From: Candidatus Obscuribacterales bacterium
Lineage (GTDB): Bacteria; Cyanobacteriota; Vampirovibrionia; Obscuribacterales; Obscuribacteraceae
Length of the DNA: 64,000 bases
Assembly: GCA_965228855.1 (NCBI GenBank)
Contig: CBDDIJ010000002.1
Location: 2,432,001 to 2,496,000, forward strand
Reading direction: 5' to 3'
Below the pieces are notes generated by a model. That model worked only from the letters and a program-made list of their open reading frames with translations. It searched no databases and had not been told where the DNA came from. Below are positions 47,994-57,610 of this stretch, piece after piece. Position 1 is the stretch's first letter. Each line of letters opens with the position of its first letter. Position numbers and translations under genes: made by a program.

Positions 47994-48060
47994 TTGATGT
48001 AACAGCGTTCAATCGATTGAACGGCGTTCCCCAAAGTGATACCACTGACGATGTCAGTCT

Positions 48061-48404
48061 GTGGACGCTGTAGGTGCTTTTTTACGGGATCTGCGATTCA
48101 CAGAAAAGCGATATGATGCTAAATATGGTGCCACCAGAGTCACTGTATGTGGTGTCACTTGTCGGGCGTGGGTCGAAAAACGAGCCGATTATTTGTCCGC
48201 CGTCCGAAGGTGGCCCTTCAAGTCCATTTGCAAATCGGACTCAAAAGCCGTACCCAGGGCTAATCCTGCTTATAAATATTAGTGTGAAAGAAGTCATGAT
48301 TTATGGGTATAAAACTGCTGATTACCTTCGACATCCCTTGTCGAGTCTGGGATAGACGTCCAGTTCCAACAGTAAGCCACTTGGACCCGGACCTACATCT
48401 CCCC
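48061..48404. ncRNA. Candidate structured non-coding RNA (unassigned family)
   Basis: Nested complementary segments found by eye (see findings); no credible ORF. Confidence 0.3.
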
Positions 48405-48575
48405 TGAATTAAGAGTCGACGCTCGATTTAGAGTCACTCATGAGGCGTTTGTATGGATGTAATCACGTATCGAAACTGCGGGGAACCGTGGAATAGCTCC
48501 CGAGTTCCACGAAAATGCCACAGATTTTAGCTTAGTATTATTAGCTCGCAGTTTCTTTAGTCAGGATGCTCAGGA

Positions 48576-49955
48576 ATGAATACGATGTCAACATCGAGGT
48601 CGATGCAGAGTGAAAAGATGGCAACGGGGGAGTTTTACAAACCCGAGGTAGTTCTGGACAACGTCGCCAGGTCGTCGAAAACCGAAGAGGGCGTGATCGT
48701 CATATCCACGCGCGACCTGACAGGAAGAATCGGAGTTCAAAATAACTCGCTGATTATCGGAGCGGTCGTCGACAGCACGGGGGAAACTGGAAACGCCGCC
48801 CTGTGCAAGCTTTTGTTGCTGCCATACGGCACTTACACGTTCCGGAAAGCCATTCCGATGGACAACTTCCATCTCCAGCAGGACTTGAATCTGACGTTCG
48901 AAGACGTCAAACGATTCATCGGCGGACATAACTCAATCGGTCTGGCTAACACCGCTGAGCAAGTTTTGAAAAATTTCCGTCCCGGACAAAATGCTCATAA
49001 GGCCAACACTGTGCCGACCGGCGACTTCGACTGGGAAACCACCGGTTTTAGAACCAAGTTCGACGATATTGTCGGGGACGCCGATTACGAGCCAATTGCG
49101 CAGCCGATTGACCGAGAGATTTACGAATCTTACATGAGCGATTGCAATCTCATTCTCGAGGCAATCAAAGAGAAACGCACCGAAGAGATTGAGATGCTTC
49201 ACGTGCTGTCCGAGCCGAGCAAACGTGCTCAAGAAGAAGCTCTACTGAAGCCGGGTCCGCTGCCGACGCGGAAGAAGAAGACCGCCCTCAAAATCGAACC
49301 AATGTGGATTGTGGCAGCGGCCTGCGTGGTTCTTGGTTTTGGCGGCTTCACGATGTTCAGCCAGAATGCGATGATTATGCGCAATGACGCGGCTCAAACG
49401 GCTGCGACCGAGGCTCCGGCTGATCAGGTCGTCGCTAGTGCGCAGGAGCCGGCGAAGCCGACTCCCTCAGCAAGTGGAACTGCACCATATGCGTTCCCCA
49501 ACCAATCGACTTCGCCTCCGCCAAACCCCACGCCGGCGGAGCCTCCGCCTGATACCTCCTCTGATACAAGTGCTGAAGACGACGCGGCGTCATTGGGACC
49601 GGCGCCTGCTCCGGTCTCTGCCGGCTCTGCGAACCTGGCGCCTGCGCCTGCCGCTTCGGCTGCCGGTAATGACGAGGTCATGCGCTACAGCGACGCCGTA
49701 CGCAAAAATCCAGGTGACATTGGGGCGCGCCGTTCCCTCGCCTACGCATACCTCGTAGCCGGCAACGCCCCTGCATCGCTCGAGCAGTTCTACACCGTCA
49801 TGAAGGTTCAGAAGGTCGACTCCTCTGAAATTATCGAGTATGCGGACAATATGATGGCTTTCTGCGGGCGGAGTGCCGCTAAGCAGTTCCTGACCGACAT
49901 GGTGCGCATCGATCCAAATTCGACGGTGCTGAGGCAGAAATTGCAGTCGATGTAG
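48576..49955 (+). CDS. Membrane protein: DUF4388/PatA_N-like N-domain, TM, Pro/Ala-rich linker, C-terminal TPR
   Basis: GVIVI...GRIGV..IIGA...G.AAL.KLL....GTYTF; TM WIVAAACVVLGFGGF; TPR-like NPGDIGARRSLAYAY. Confidence 0.6.
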   Translation: MNTMSTSRSMQSEKMATGEFYKPEVVLDNVARSSKTEEGVIVISTRDLTGRIGVQNNSLIIGAVVDSTGETGNAALCKLLLLPYGTYTFRKAIPMDNFHLQQDLNLTFEDVKRFIGGHNSIGLANTAEQVLKNFRPGQNAHKANTVPTGDFDWETTGFRTKFDDIVGDADYEPIAQPIDREIYESYMSDCNLILEAIKEKRTEEIEMLHVLSEPSKRAQEEALLKPGPLPTRKKKTALKIEPMWIVAAACVVLGFGGFTMFSQNAMIMRNDAAQTAATEAPADQVVASAQEPAKPTPSASGTAPYAFPNQSTSPPPNPTPAEPPPDTSSDTSAEDDAASLGPAPAPVSAGSANLAPAPAASAAGNDEVMRYSDAVRKNPGDIGARRSLAYAYLVAGNAPASLEQFYTVMKVQKVDSSEIIEYADNMMAFCGRSAAKQFLTDMVRIDPNSTVLRQKLQSM

Positions 49956-50076
49956 TCAGGACCAGCACATCGCCAGTTGCAAATGTGGTAACTTCATAGC
50001 CGTTCGGTCGGCGCACAAGGTGTTTGACTGCGAGCCGAGCAAGTGAAGTCACAGTCGCCACCTTTGCAGGATAGTT

Positions 50077-52422
50077 ATGAAACGCGCATCGTTCGTCTGT
50101 TTGCTCTTGATGTTGATCTTGACCTTTGCGTCATCGTTTGGACCGGTGCAAGCTCTTGATTTGTCCGGTATGCAAAAGATCGGCAGTGTTCGAAAGGTTG
50201 CTAAAAGCAATGACGGAGTAATTATCGATTGCGATGATGAAAGCCAGGTGTTATTGAGAGTATTAGCACCGGATTTGGTGCGTGTGCGGGTCGGGTTTAA
50301 AAAGCCGATTCCGGCAAAAGATAACTCCTGGGCTATTGAGAAGAAAAACTGGGAGCCGGTTTCTGCGACTATCAACGAGAGCGGTGATTCTGTTTCCATT
50401 GAAACAACCGAACTGCGAGTCGTTGTGAACAAAGCTCCGCTTCAGATATCTTTCTATGACGCGAAGAGCGGTCAATTAATCAATAAAGACAACCAACCGA
50501 TGCAGTTCAATTCGAGCGGGTCCGTAGCAGCGGTGAAAGCGCTTGGATTTGAAGAGCACTTTTATGGTCTGGGTGAGAAGGCTGCGCGTCTCGACAAGCG
50601 CCGCGAGGCGTATCAGATGTGGTCGATGGATATGCCCGGCTATGTACTGGGAACAGATCCGATTTACCAGAGCATTCCGTTTTACATCGGGCATGTCATG
50701 GATCGCAACCAAGCAGGCGATTGGAAGGGCACCGCATACGGTATCTTCTTTGATAATAGCTATCGAACAAAGTTCGACCTGGCCAGCGGCGATCCTGAGA
50801 ATGTAGTTTTTCAAGCCGATGGTGGTGAGATGAACTACTACTTTTTCTTCGGTCCACAGATGAAGAAAGTTGTAAATCGCTATACAGAATTGACAGGACG
50901 AATGCCCATGCCTCCGAGATGGGCTTTGGGTCACCAGCAGAGCCGATATAGCTATGGAAATGCACAGCAAATCAAGGACGTTGTTGAACGGTATCGCGAA
51001 GAAAAAATTCCGCTCGATGTGATGCACTTCGACATTCATTACATGGATGGCTACCGCGATTTCACCTGGAATAATGAGCGTTTTCCAGACCCGAAAGGTT
51101 TGGTTTCGTGGCTGGGAGAGCGTGGTGTTAAGGCTGTCACAATCATCGATCCAGGTGTTAAGTACGAACCTGGTGGCAACTACAGTGTATATAACGAGGG
51201 TGTAGAGAAAAATTATTTCTTGAAGAAAACCAACGGCGAAACTTACGTTGGAAAAGTCTGGCCTGACAAGTCAGTGTTTGTTGATTACACTCTTCCGGAA
51301 GCTGCGAAGTGGTGGGGCGATCAGCATAAATCTCTACTGGACATCGGCATTGCCGGTATCTGGAATGACATGAACGAACCCGCGGACTTTGAGAGTCGCG
51401 ATGGTGAGAAGTGGAAGGATGTCGTTAACTACGATAATGGCGAGAACTCCAAACACAACAAGATGCGCAACCTCTTTGCCATGTTGGAGTGCAAATCAAC
51501 CTATGAAGGTTTGTCGAGATTGCGTCCAAACGAACGTCCCTACATTATTACTCGCAGCGGCTTTGCCGGTATTCAGCGCTATGCCACCATGTGGACCGGT
51601 GACAGTCCGAGCACTTGGGATGCTATGGCATTGAGCATTCCGATGTTCCAATCTCTGGGATTGTCGGGGCAGCCGTTTGTCGGTTCGGATTGCGGCGGTT
51701 ATATGGGAAGATGCGACGGCGAGTTGCTAACGCGTTGGTATCAGATTGGATTCCTCTCTCCGTTTTTTCGAAACCATCACGCCGTCGATTATTACGATCA
51801 AGAGCCGTGGAGATTCGGAAAACGCTACGAAGACATAATTCGCAAGTATGTTCAATTACGGTACAAACTGATGCCGTATCTCTACACTGTGCTTTCCGAG
51901 GCGCATGACACTGGAGTACCCTGGTTTCGTCCTCTCATTCTTGAATACCAGGACGACTATAATGTGCTGAATATCGATGACGAATTTATGGTTGGTGACA
52001 AACTGCTGGTAGCACCTGTAGTATCAAAAGGCGCCACTACGCGTGATGTCTATCTTCCAACCGGTGAATGGTTTGAATATGCTACCGGTAAAAGGCATGG
52101 CGGTGGACGCTGGATCAACGTGCAAGCGCCTCTTGATACCGTTCCTATGTTCGTTAAGGCCGGGTCTGTTTTACCTGTCGGGCAAGTTGGAGATAGTCTT
52201 GCGCAATCTGCAATTGCGCCGGTCAGTTACGAAGTCTATCCCGATAAAAATGGAAGCGCACTCGGTGCTCTCTATGAGGATGATGGAGCGACGCTCGCCT
52301 ATCTAAAAGGTGACAGCAAGAGTTACGAATTGCGGTACATTAGCAATAAGCTTATGTCTGGGGCATCGGACGAGAAGGAAGATCGCGAGATTCCTGCTAG
52401 TTCAGTGAAGGTATTTGAGTAA
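50077..52422 (+). CDS. Glycoside hydrolase family 31 alpha-glucosidase, exported
   Basis: Nucleophile motif WNDMNEP, acid/base WTGD, GHQQSRYSY, FFRNH; signal peptide. Confidence 0.92.
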   Translation: MKRASFVCLLLMLILTFASSFGPVQALDLSGMQKIGSVRKVAKSNDGVIIDCDDESQVLLRVLAPDLVRVRVGFKKPIPAKDNSWAIEKKNWEPVSATINESGDSVSIETTELRVVVNKAPLQISFYDAKSGQLINKDNQPMQFNSSGSVAAVKALGFEEHFYGLGEKAARLDKRREAYQMWSMDMPGYVLGTDPIYQSIPFYIGHVMDRNQAGDWKGTAYGIFFDNSYRTKFDLASGDPENVVFQADGGEMNYYFFFGPQMKKVVNRYTELTGRMPMPPRWALGHQQSRYSYGNAQQIKDVVERYREEKIPLDVMHFDIHYMDGYRDFTWNNERFPDPKGLVSWLGERGVKAVTIIDPGVKYEPGGNYSVYNEGVEKNYFLKKTNGETYVGKVWPDKSVFVDYTLPEAAKWWGDQHKSLLDIGIAGIWNDMNEPADFESRDGEKWKDVVNYDNGENSKHNKMRNLFAMLECKSTYEGLSRLRPNERPYIITRSGFAGIQRYATMWTGDSPSTWDAMALSIPMFQSLGLSGQPFVGSDCGGYMGRCDGELLTRWYQIGFLSPFFRNHHAVDYYDQEPWRFGKRYEDIIRKYVQLRYKLMPYLYTVLSEAHDTGVPWFRPLILEYQDDYNVLNIDDEFMVGDKLLVAPVVSKGATTRDVYLPTGEWFEYATGKRHGGGRWINVQAPLDTVPMFVKAGSVLPVGQVGDSLAQSAIAPVSYEVYPDKNGSALGALYEDDGATLAYLKGDSKSYELRYISNKLMSGASDEKEDREIPASSVKVFE

Positions 52423-52615
52423 CACTGCATGTGTCGCTCCTGGTAAGGTGGCAAAGGTTGAACTCGAAAAGACCAAACGGAACAGATATTTTGCGCAGTT
52501 AAAATGCAAGAACGGCAAACAGAAGTAGCTCATTCTGTCTTTTCTTAACTGTGCCAAACGCGAGTTCTGCGACTTCGCTGTAAGATTAGAATCGTTGCTT
52601 CAGGTCTATTGAAAC

Positions 52616-53107
52616 ATGAGTAAGAAAAAAACAGGCAATATCAACACTGGCACCAGTCCGACCAGCACGGTTGCTGAAATAATCGCCCTCTTTGACCGGG
52701 GCGAAGTTGAGACTGCTAAAAATATGTTGGAAGCTGCATATGCGAAAGATCCGAAGGATGAAGATTTTTTGGCTGTCGTAGCGCATTTGCAGAAAACATA
52801 TCTTGGTGAAAGCGGCGGTGCGCCTGCAAAGAGTCTTCTTCGCGATGCGCTTCTACAGAGAAGCTCTGATTCAAACGTAAAAATCGTAAGTACGCTCATG
52901 AGATTGCTAGCCCTTTCGGGGCGGGACAAAGAAGCAATTCAACTGCAAGAAAATCAGTTGAAACTTCTCGAAGATCAGTCCGCATTTTTAAGAGAGGTGG
53001 CCCGCGCGAAGCTCAAGGATACGGACGAAACTGGGAGCCTGGTAGGTCGTAAGGAACCCTGCCCATGCGGGAGCGGAAAGAAATTCAAAAGGTGTTGCGC
53101 GAAATAG
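52616..53107 (+). CDS. TPR-like protein with C-terminal SEC-C metal-binding motif
   Basis: VGRKEPCPCGSGKKFKRCC. Confidence 0.8.
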   Translation: MSKKKTGNINTGTSPTSTVAEIIALFDRGEVETAKNMLEAAYAKDPKDEDFLAVVAHLQKTYLGESGGAPAKSLLRDALLQRSSDSNVKIVSTLMRLLALSGRDKEAIQLQENQLKLLEDQSAFLREVARAKLKDTDETGSLVGRKEPCPCGSGKKFKRCCAK

Positions 53108-53462
53108 TCTTTTGCGCGAAAAGTAATTTTCGGATTTCGGGAACTTTTTTGAGGTTCTCTTGTCTCGTAAGCAACAATCGGATGGGAACGAAATTTTCGC
53201 TATTTCTTTCGTGTGCCAGTAGTTGAAGCCGAATAGCGTCAGGCTATTGGACCATCCAGTCGTCTAGGCTAACTAGATATTCAAACGAGCTTTTGTCTTC
53301 TCTGTATTGAGCAGTCGCTGACTCGTTTGCAAACAACCGCAATCCTGGATTCGTCCGGATTGCGGTTTGCTATGTTTCGGTCGGTAGGGAACCGCACACT
53401 CATCGATTTCGCGGCGAAGATGGCATTCACGATTATTGATGCCATCTTTCGCGATTGTTTGA

Positions 53463-53825
53463 TTATCGTTCTTTCCATCCAAAGTCGAAACCTACCGGCG
53501 CGACAATGTAATAGTCTCGTCGATATTTAATTACATCGCCTACTGATGTGCTGCGTTGCTCTCCGCTCCACTCATCGTTTTTGTGATTCGTCACATAGAA
53601 TATGCGTTCCAGTTCTTCTTCGATTTCTTCCAGCGGAAATTCCGGGCGTTTGAAGATGCCAACCGATTTATAGTCACCGTTTCTAAATCCCTCTCGAATG
53701 GTTGCTATATCGACGTCGGGTCGTCCGTAGCGAAGATATTTCCAAAAGCTCTCATCGACAGAATGGAACAACTCAAATGTCACCTGTTTTGTTTTGGTTT
53801 TTAGCACAGCATGAAGTTTACTCAT
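53463..53825 (-). CDS. YodL-like domain protein
   Basis: LERIFYVTNH...RSTSVGDVI....YYIV..VGF resembles the YodL pattern. AAGGAGG RBS. Confidence 0.6.
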   Translation of the reverse strand: MSKLHAVLKTKTKQVTFELFHSVDESFWKYLRYGRPDVDIATIREGFRNGDYKSVGIFKRPEFPLEEIEEELERIFYVTNHKNDEWSGEQRSTSVGDVIKYRRDYYIVAPVGFDFGWKER

Positions 53826-53863
53826 CGCCGCCTCCTTGAAACGTGTAGATGGGTCTAAATTGA

Positions 53864-53891
53864 ATTACGGAAATTCGGAGCAAAAAGTTCA
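53864..53891 (-). promoter_or_regulatory. ECF-sigma-type promoter candidate
   Basis: Minus strand TGAACTTTTT-N12-CGTAAT, same spacing as the element at 45798-45825. Confidence 0.45.
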
Positions 53892-54078
53892 AATTTCTGA
53901 GCAAGTTTAATCTTCAATTTTGCTATGCTACGAACTCGCTAGCTGTGCAGGTATTCGATCTGTAAATGCGTGCAGCTGGTTTCGAAAGCAAACTGTTATT
54001 CTGTTTGTATGAAACGCGTCGTGCTTGAGAAGCGTTGAAACAGTTTTAGTTGCAGTTTGCGGCATTTTAGGAGCAGAG

Positions 54079-54555
54079 ATGAGTTTGCAAGACACTACGG
54101 GTATGACTAAATTGATGCTGGATGACCTGCATGTCGGGCAGATCTTCCGGAGCGAATCTTACGTAATGGATGTTGATAAGATCAAAGCATTTGCTTTCGA
54201 GTTCGACCCGCAGCCTTTCCACACAGATGAAGCTGCTGCTGCTGGAACGTTTTTCGGAGAGCTTGTAGCGAGTGGATGGCACACAGCCGGCGTCACCATG
54301 CGGCTGCTGGTGGCGAGTCTGCCGATCTCCGGTGGCTTGATTGGTGCTGGTGCGGAGATTTCCTGGACTCGGCCTACCAGACCTGGTGATGAACTCTATG
54401 TAGAAAGCGAGATTATCGAGATTCGACCGTCAGCGAAAAATCCGGCGCGTGGAATGGTCACCGTGCGTAGTATCACAAAAAATCAGGACGGCAAAACTGT
54501 GCAGTCGATCACTTCGCGAATGGTTGTGCCAAGGCGAGTACCTGACTCTGTATGA
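54079..54555 (+). CDS. MaoC-family dehydratase
   Basis: FAFEFDPQPFHTDE.AA..TFFGELVASGWHT, RPGD. AGGAG RBS. Confidence 0.88.
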   Translation: MSLQDTTGMTKLMLDDLHVGQIFRSESYVMDVDKIKAFAFEFDPQPFHTDEAAAAGTFFGELVASGWHTAGVTMRLLVASLPISGGLIGAGAEISWTRPTRPGDELYVESEIIEIRPSAKNPARGMVTVRSITKNQDGKTVQSITSRMVVPRRVPDSV

Positions 54556-54626
54556 CAATAGTCATGGTGTTTAGTGCTGGCTTTATAGATCAGCTAAAGT
54601 AAAATCGTTTCATTAGGCGGTGTCAA

Positions 54627-55127
54627 ATGTCAGATTCAACGTCCATTATTAAGAGATATGAGCGGACTTCGGAAACGAAACTGATTGAACTTTCTGCAAA
54701 AAAGCCCTACGAGCAGGTTCTGATCGACTTCGAGAAGCAGCTTGGGCGCTTCGATCAGGAGGCGGCCATGAAATCTTCGGACTTGGAATCGGCGATCCAG
54801 AGCATGACTGGTGAACTTGGTTTGATGATTATTCATGTCCTGGAGATGAGTGCACTCCTGCCGTCGTTGGCATCTGCTGAAACTTGTGCGCGCCAATATC
54901 TAATTGGTAATCCGCTGATCGCAAGCCAGATGGCGAAGTTTGATCCACGCGCTGCACTATTCGCTCCGCCGCGCGTCTTGATTCATTCTAATGGCGACGA
55001 TACCCATATCACTTTTGAAAAACCGTCCACGACATTTGGTCGTCTGTTTAATCCTCTGATCGATGAAACCGCAGTCATGCTCGACGATAAATTTGAAACT
55101 CTGGTTCAAAAGGCCCTTAGTCCGTGA
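54627..55127 (+). CDS. DUF302-domain protein
   Basis: YLIGNPLIASQM...AALFAPPRVLI. Confidence 0.75.
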   Translation: MSDSTSIIKRYERTSETKLIELSAKKPYEQVLIDFEKQLGRFDQEAAMKSSDLESAIQSMTGELGLMIIHVLEMSALLPSLASAETCARQYLIGNPLIASQMAKFDPRAALFAPPRVLIHSNGDDTHITFEKPSTTFGRLFNPLIDETAVMLDDKFETLVQKALSP

Positions 55128-55236
55128 ATTCCGAAAGCCTTTATAAAGCTTGCTATCCTGTTTTCTTCGCGACCCATTGGAATTTTGCAACAATTGCGAT
55201 ATGCTCGCCGACATAATTTCCAATGCAGGCAGGGGC

Positions 55237-55788
55237 ATGATACTTCCAATTGTTCAGACCGGCGATCCGGTACTGCGGGCGGTGGCTCGAGCGTTAACTC
55301 CTCAAGAGATCCAGTCGACCAAAATCAAAGAGCTTATTGAGAATATGCGCGAAACAATGCGCACCGCTCCGGGCGTAGGTTTAGCGGCGCCGCAAATCGG
55401 TGAGTCTATTCAACTGGTTGTGATCGAGGATGAAGCGACTGAGGAGAAAACACGTTTGTCTGCCGAGGAACTGTCGAAACGAGAGCGCAAGCCGATTCCT
55501 TTTCACGTGCTCATAAATCCTAAGTTTACCGCGATTGGTGATGAACGCGTGACGTTTTTCGAGGGCTGCTTGAGCGTAGATGGATTTGCTGCGATGACCT
55601 CGCGATTTCGGCAGGTTTCCGTATCAGCGCTCAACGAGCGTGGCGACGAGATTCGCATTGACGCGACGGGCTGGTATGCGCGCATTATGCAGCATGAGAT
55701 CGATCACCTCAATGGAACTATCTATATTGATCGAATGGATTCGAAAACCTTTTCTACAGTTGCGAATAAGGCTAAGTATTGGGATTAA
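55237..55788 (+). CDS. def: Peptide deformylase
   Basis: GVGLAAPQIG, EGCLS, QHEIDHLNG. Confidence 0.93.
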   Translation: MILPIVQTGDPVLRAVARALTPQEIQSTKIKELIENMRETMRTAPGVGLAAPQIGESIQLVVIEDEATEEKTRLSAEELSKRERKPIPFHVLINPKFTAIGDERVTFFEGCLSVDGFAAMTSRFRQVSVSALNERGDEIRIDATGWYARIMQHEIDHLNGTIYIDRMDSKTFSTVANKAKYWD

Positions 55789-55889
55789 AATCAAATTGAG
55801 TTATTCTAAAAGATCGAGAATGTTTCAGCCAGGCGCAATGCCTTGGCGTGGATTTCGACAAATGGCGTGAATACGCCGGAGGAGCTTGC

Positions 55890-56783
55890 ATGGCAGCATT
55901 ACCGCTTGGTGGCACTTTTACATTTGCCGGCACGAATCTGACGGTCAATCGAATGGGCTACGGCGCCATGCAGCTCTCCGGTCCGGGGATATTCGGACCG
56001 CCTAAAGATTTAGAGCAGGCTCGGGCGGTTTTGCGCGAAGCGCTTGAAGCGGGTATCAATCATATAGATACTAGCGATTTCTATGGACCGCATGTGACAA
56101 ATCAGCTAATCTGCCAGACTTTGCATCCCTATCCTGACCGGCTGGTGCTTGTCACCAAATTCGGTGCCAAGCGTGGTGACGACGCTTCGTGGATTTTCGC
56201 GAGGAGCAAGGAGGAGCTTTTTGCCGCCGCTCACGACAATCTTCGCAATCTCAAACTTGAGGCGCTCGAAATTGTGAATTTGCGGGTTGGTGATTTCATG
56301 ACCGCTAATGAGGATCCGATTGAAGAACCTCTTAGCGCCATGATCGAACTGAAGAAACAAGGGCTGGTCAAGCATATTGGTTTAAGCACGGTTAGCCCGA
56401 AGCAGTTTGAAATCGCATCCAAAATGACAGACATCGTTTGCGTACAAAATATGTACAACTTAGTGAGCCGAGCCGATGATGCTTTCATTGATGAGCTGGC
56501 GGCAAAAGGCGTAGCTTACGTGCCTTACTTCCCGCTGGGAGGCTTTGAACCATTGCAGCTTGACGCTCTTAACCAGGTCGCCGCAAAGGTCGGTGCGACG
56601 CCGATGCAAGTTGCGCTTGCCTGGTTGCTGCGCCGTTCTCCAAACATTTTGCTTATTCCGGGGACGAGCTCCGTGGGGCATCTTAAAGAGAACATTTCGG
56701 CCGCCTCATTGGAACTTTCGGACGAGGTTATGGCTGATCTCAACGCTATAGGGGCGGCAAGCGCTGCGGGCGCTACTGCTTGA
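55890..56783 (+). CDS. Aldo/keto reductase (YdbC-like)
   Basis: RMGYGAMQL, IDTSDFYGP, VQNMYN, IPGTSSVGHLKEN. GGAGGAG RBS. Confidence 0.9.
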   Translation: MAALPLGGTFTFAGTNLTVNRMGYGAMQLSGPGIFGPPKDLEQARAVLREALEAGINHIDTSDFYGPHVTNQLICQTLHPYPDRLVLVTKFGAKRGDDASWIFARSKEELFAAAHDNLRNLKLEALEIVNLRVGDFMTANEDPIEEPLSAMIELKKQGLVKHIGLSTVSPKQFEIASKMTDIVCVQNMYNLVSRADDAFIDELAAKGVAYVPYFPLGGFEPLQLDALNQVAAKVGATPMQVALAWLLRRSPNILLIPGTSSVGHLKENISAASLELSDEVMADLNAIGAASAAGATA

Positions 56784-56822
56784 GCTCTTGAAACCAATTC
56801 TGCGGGCCGGTTGACACCTGTA

Positions 56823-56850
56823 ATTAATGAGTGTACACTCACTCATTAAT
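56823..56850. promoter_or_regulatory. Palindromic operator, probable TetR autoregulatory site
   Basis: ATTAATGAGTG-N6-CACTCATTAAT with nested perfect palindrome TGAGTGTACACTCA, immediately 5' of the tetR RBS. Confidence 0.75.
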
Positions 56851-56859
56851 GGAGGACTA

Positions 56860-57450
56860 ATGGCTCGACCCAAGAGCGAGGAAAAGCGCAACACTTTATT
56901 GTCGGTAGCCGCGCAGGTATTCGCGAAAAATGGACTCTCCGCTTCGACCGCTTCGATAACAAGCGCGGCGGGCATGGCAGAGGGGACGTTGTTCAACTAC
57001 TTCAAAGGCAAAGACGATTTGATGAACACGCTGTACGTCGAGATCAAAAATGATCTCGCGTCGACCATGCTCTGTGGCAACCCGAAAACTGACTCTCCCA
57101 AAGATGTAATGCATCATATCTGGTGCAATTATGTTGCCTGGGGTGCCAGAAATCCCGACCGATTAGCCGTTTTGCACAAGCTAAAGGTTTGGGAGGGGCT
57201 GAAACCTGACATACCGGAAAGCACCACCGCGTGTTTCGACGAACTTCAAAAGATGGTCAACAACGCCATCGCCTGTGGTGCGTTGCGGGATGTGCCGTAT
57301 GAGTTCATGCTTGCCATTTTTGCTTCCAACGCCGAGACTGTAATGCACTACATCAAGCAAGATCCGGACCGGGCAGATTTCTACACGGAGCAAGGGTTCC
57401 AACTGTTTTGGAGCGGAATTGCAGGTGATCTGCATAGCAGTGAGAAATAG
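56860..57450 (+). CDS. TetR/AcrR-family transcriptional regulator
   Basis: MARPKSEEKR...STASITSAAGMAEGTLFNYFKGKDDL. GGAGG RBS. Confidence 0.92.
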   Translation: MARPKSEEKRNTLLSVAAQVFAKNGLSASTASITSAAGMAEGTLFNYFKGKDDLMNTLYVEIKNDLASTMLCGNPKTDSPKDVMHHIWCNYVAWGARNPDRLAVLHKLKVWEGLKPDIPESTTACFDELQKMVNNAIACGALRDVPYEFMLAIFASNAETVMHYIKQDPDRADFYTEQGFQLFWSGIAGDLHSSEK

Positions 57451-57610
57451 TATTAATCGCGTTTGATGGAAACTGACAACGCTTTCGACTGAATAAACTG
57501 GATAACACACGAAATCAGGTTGCAAACTGTGACTGAGCGATGTGCGTTGGCTTCGCATTTGGTATCAAACCAAATCGCGTGGCTGCGCTTTGGAACAAAG
57601 GAGTTCAAAA

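Noticed and set aside
48006..48023. Perfect 18-bp palindrome CGTTCAATCGATTGAACG after the WG-repeat gene
   Set aside because: No loop or U-tract and no second copy seen; cannot distinguish terminator, operator or chance.
48061..48404. tmRNA, RNase P RNA, SRP RNA or cobalamin riboswitch
   Set aside because: No T-arm/CCA end or tag ORF, no GAGGAAAGUCC, no SRP GGAA loop motif. Only fragmentary B12-element resemblance, and the downstream gene is unrelated to B12.
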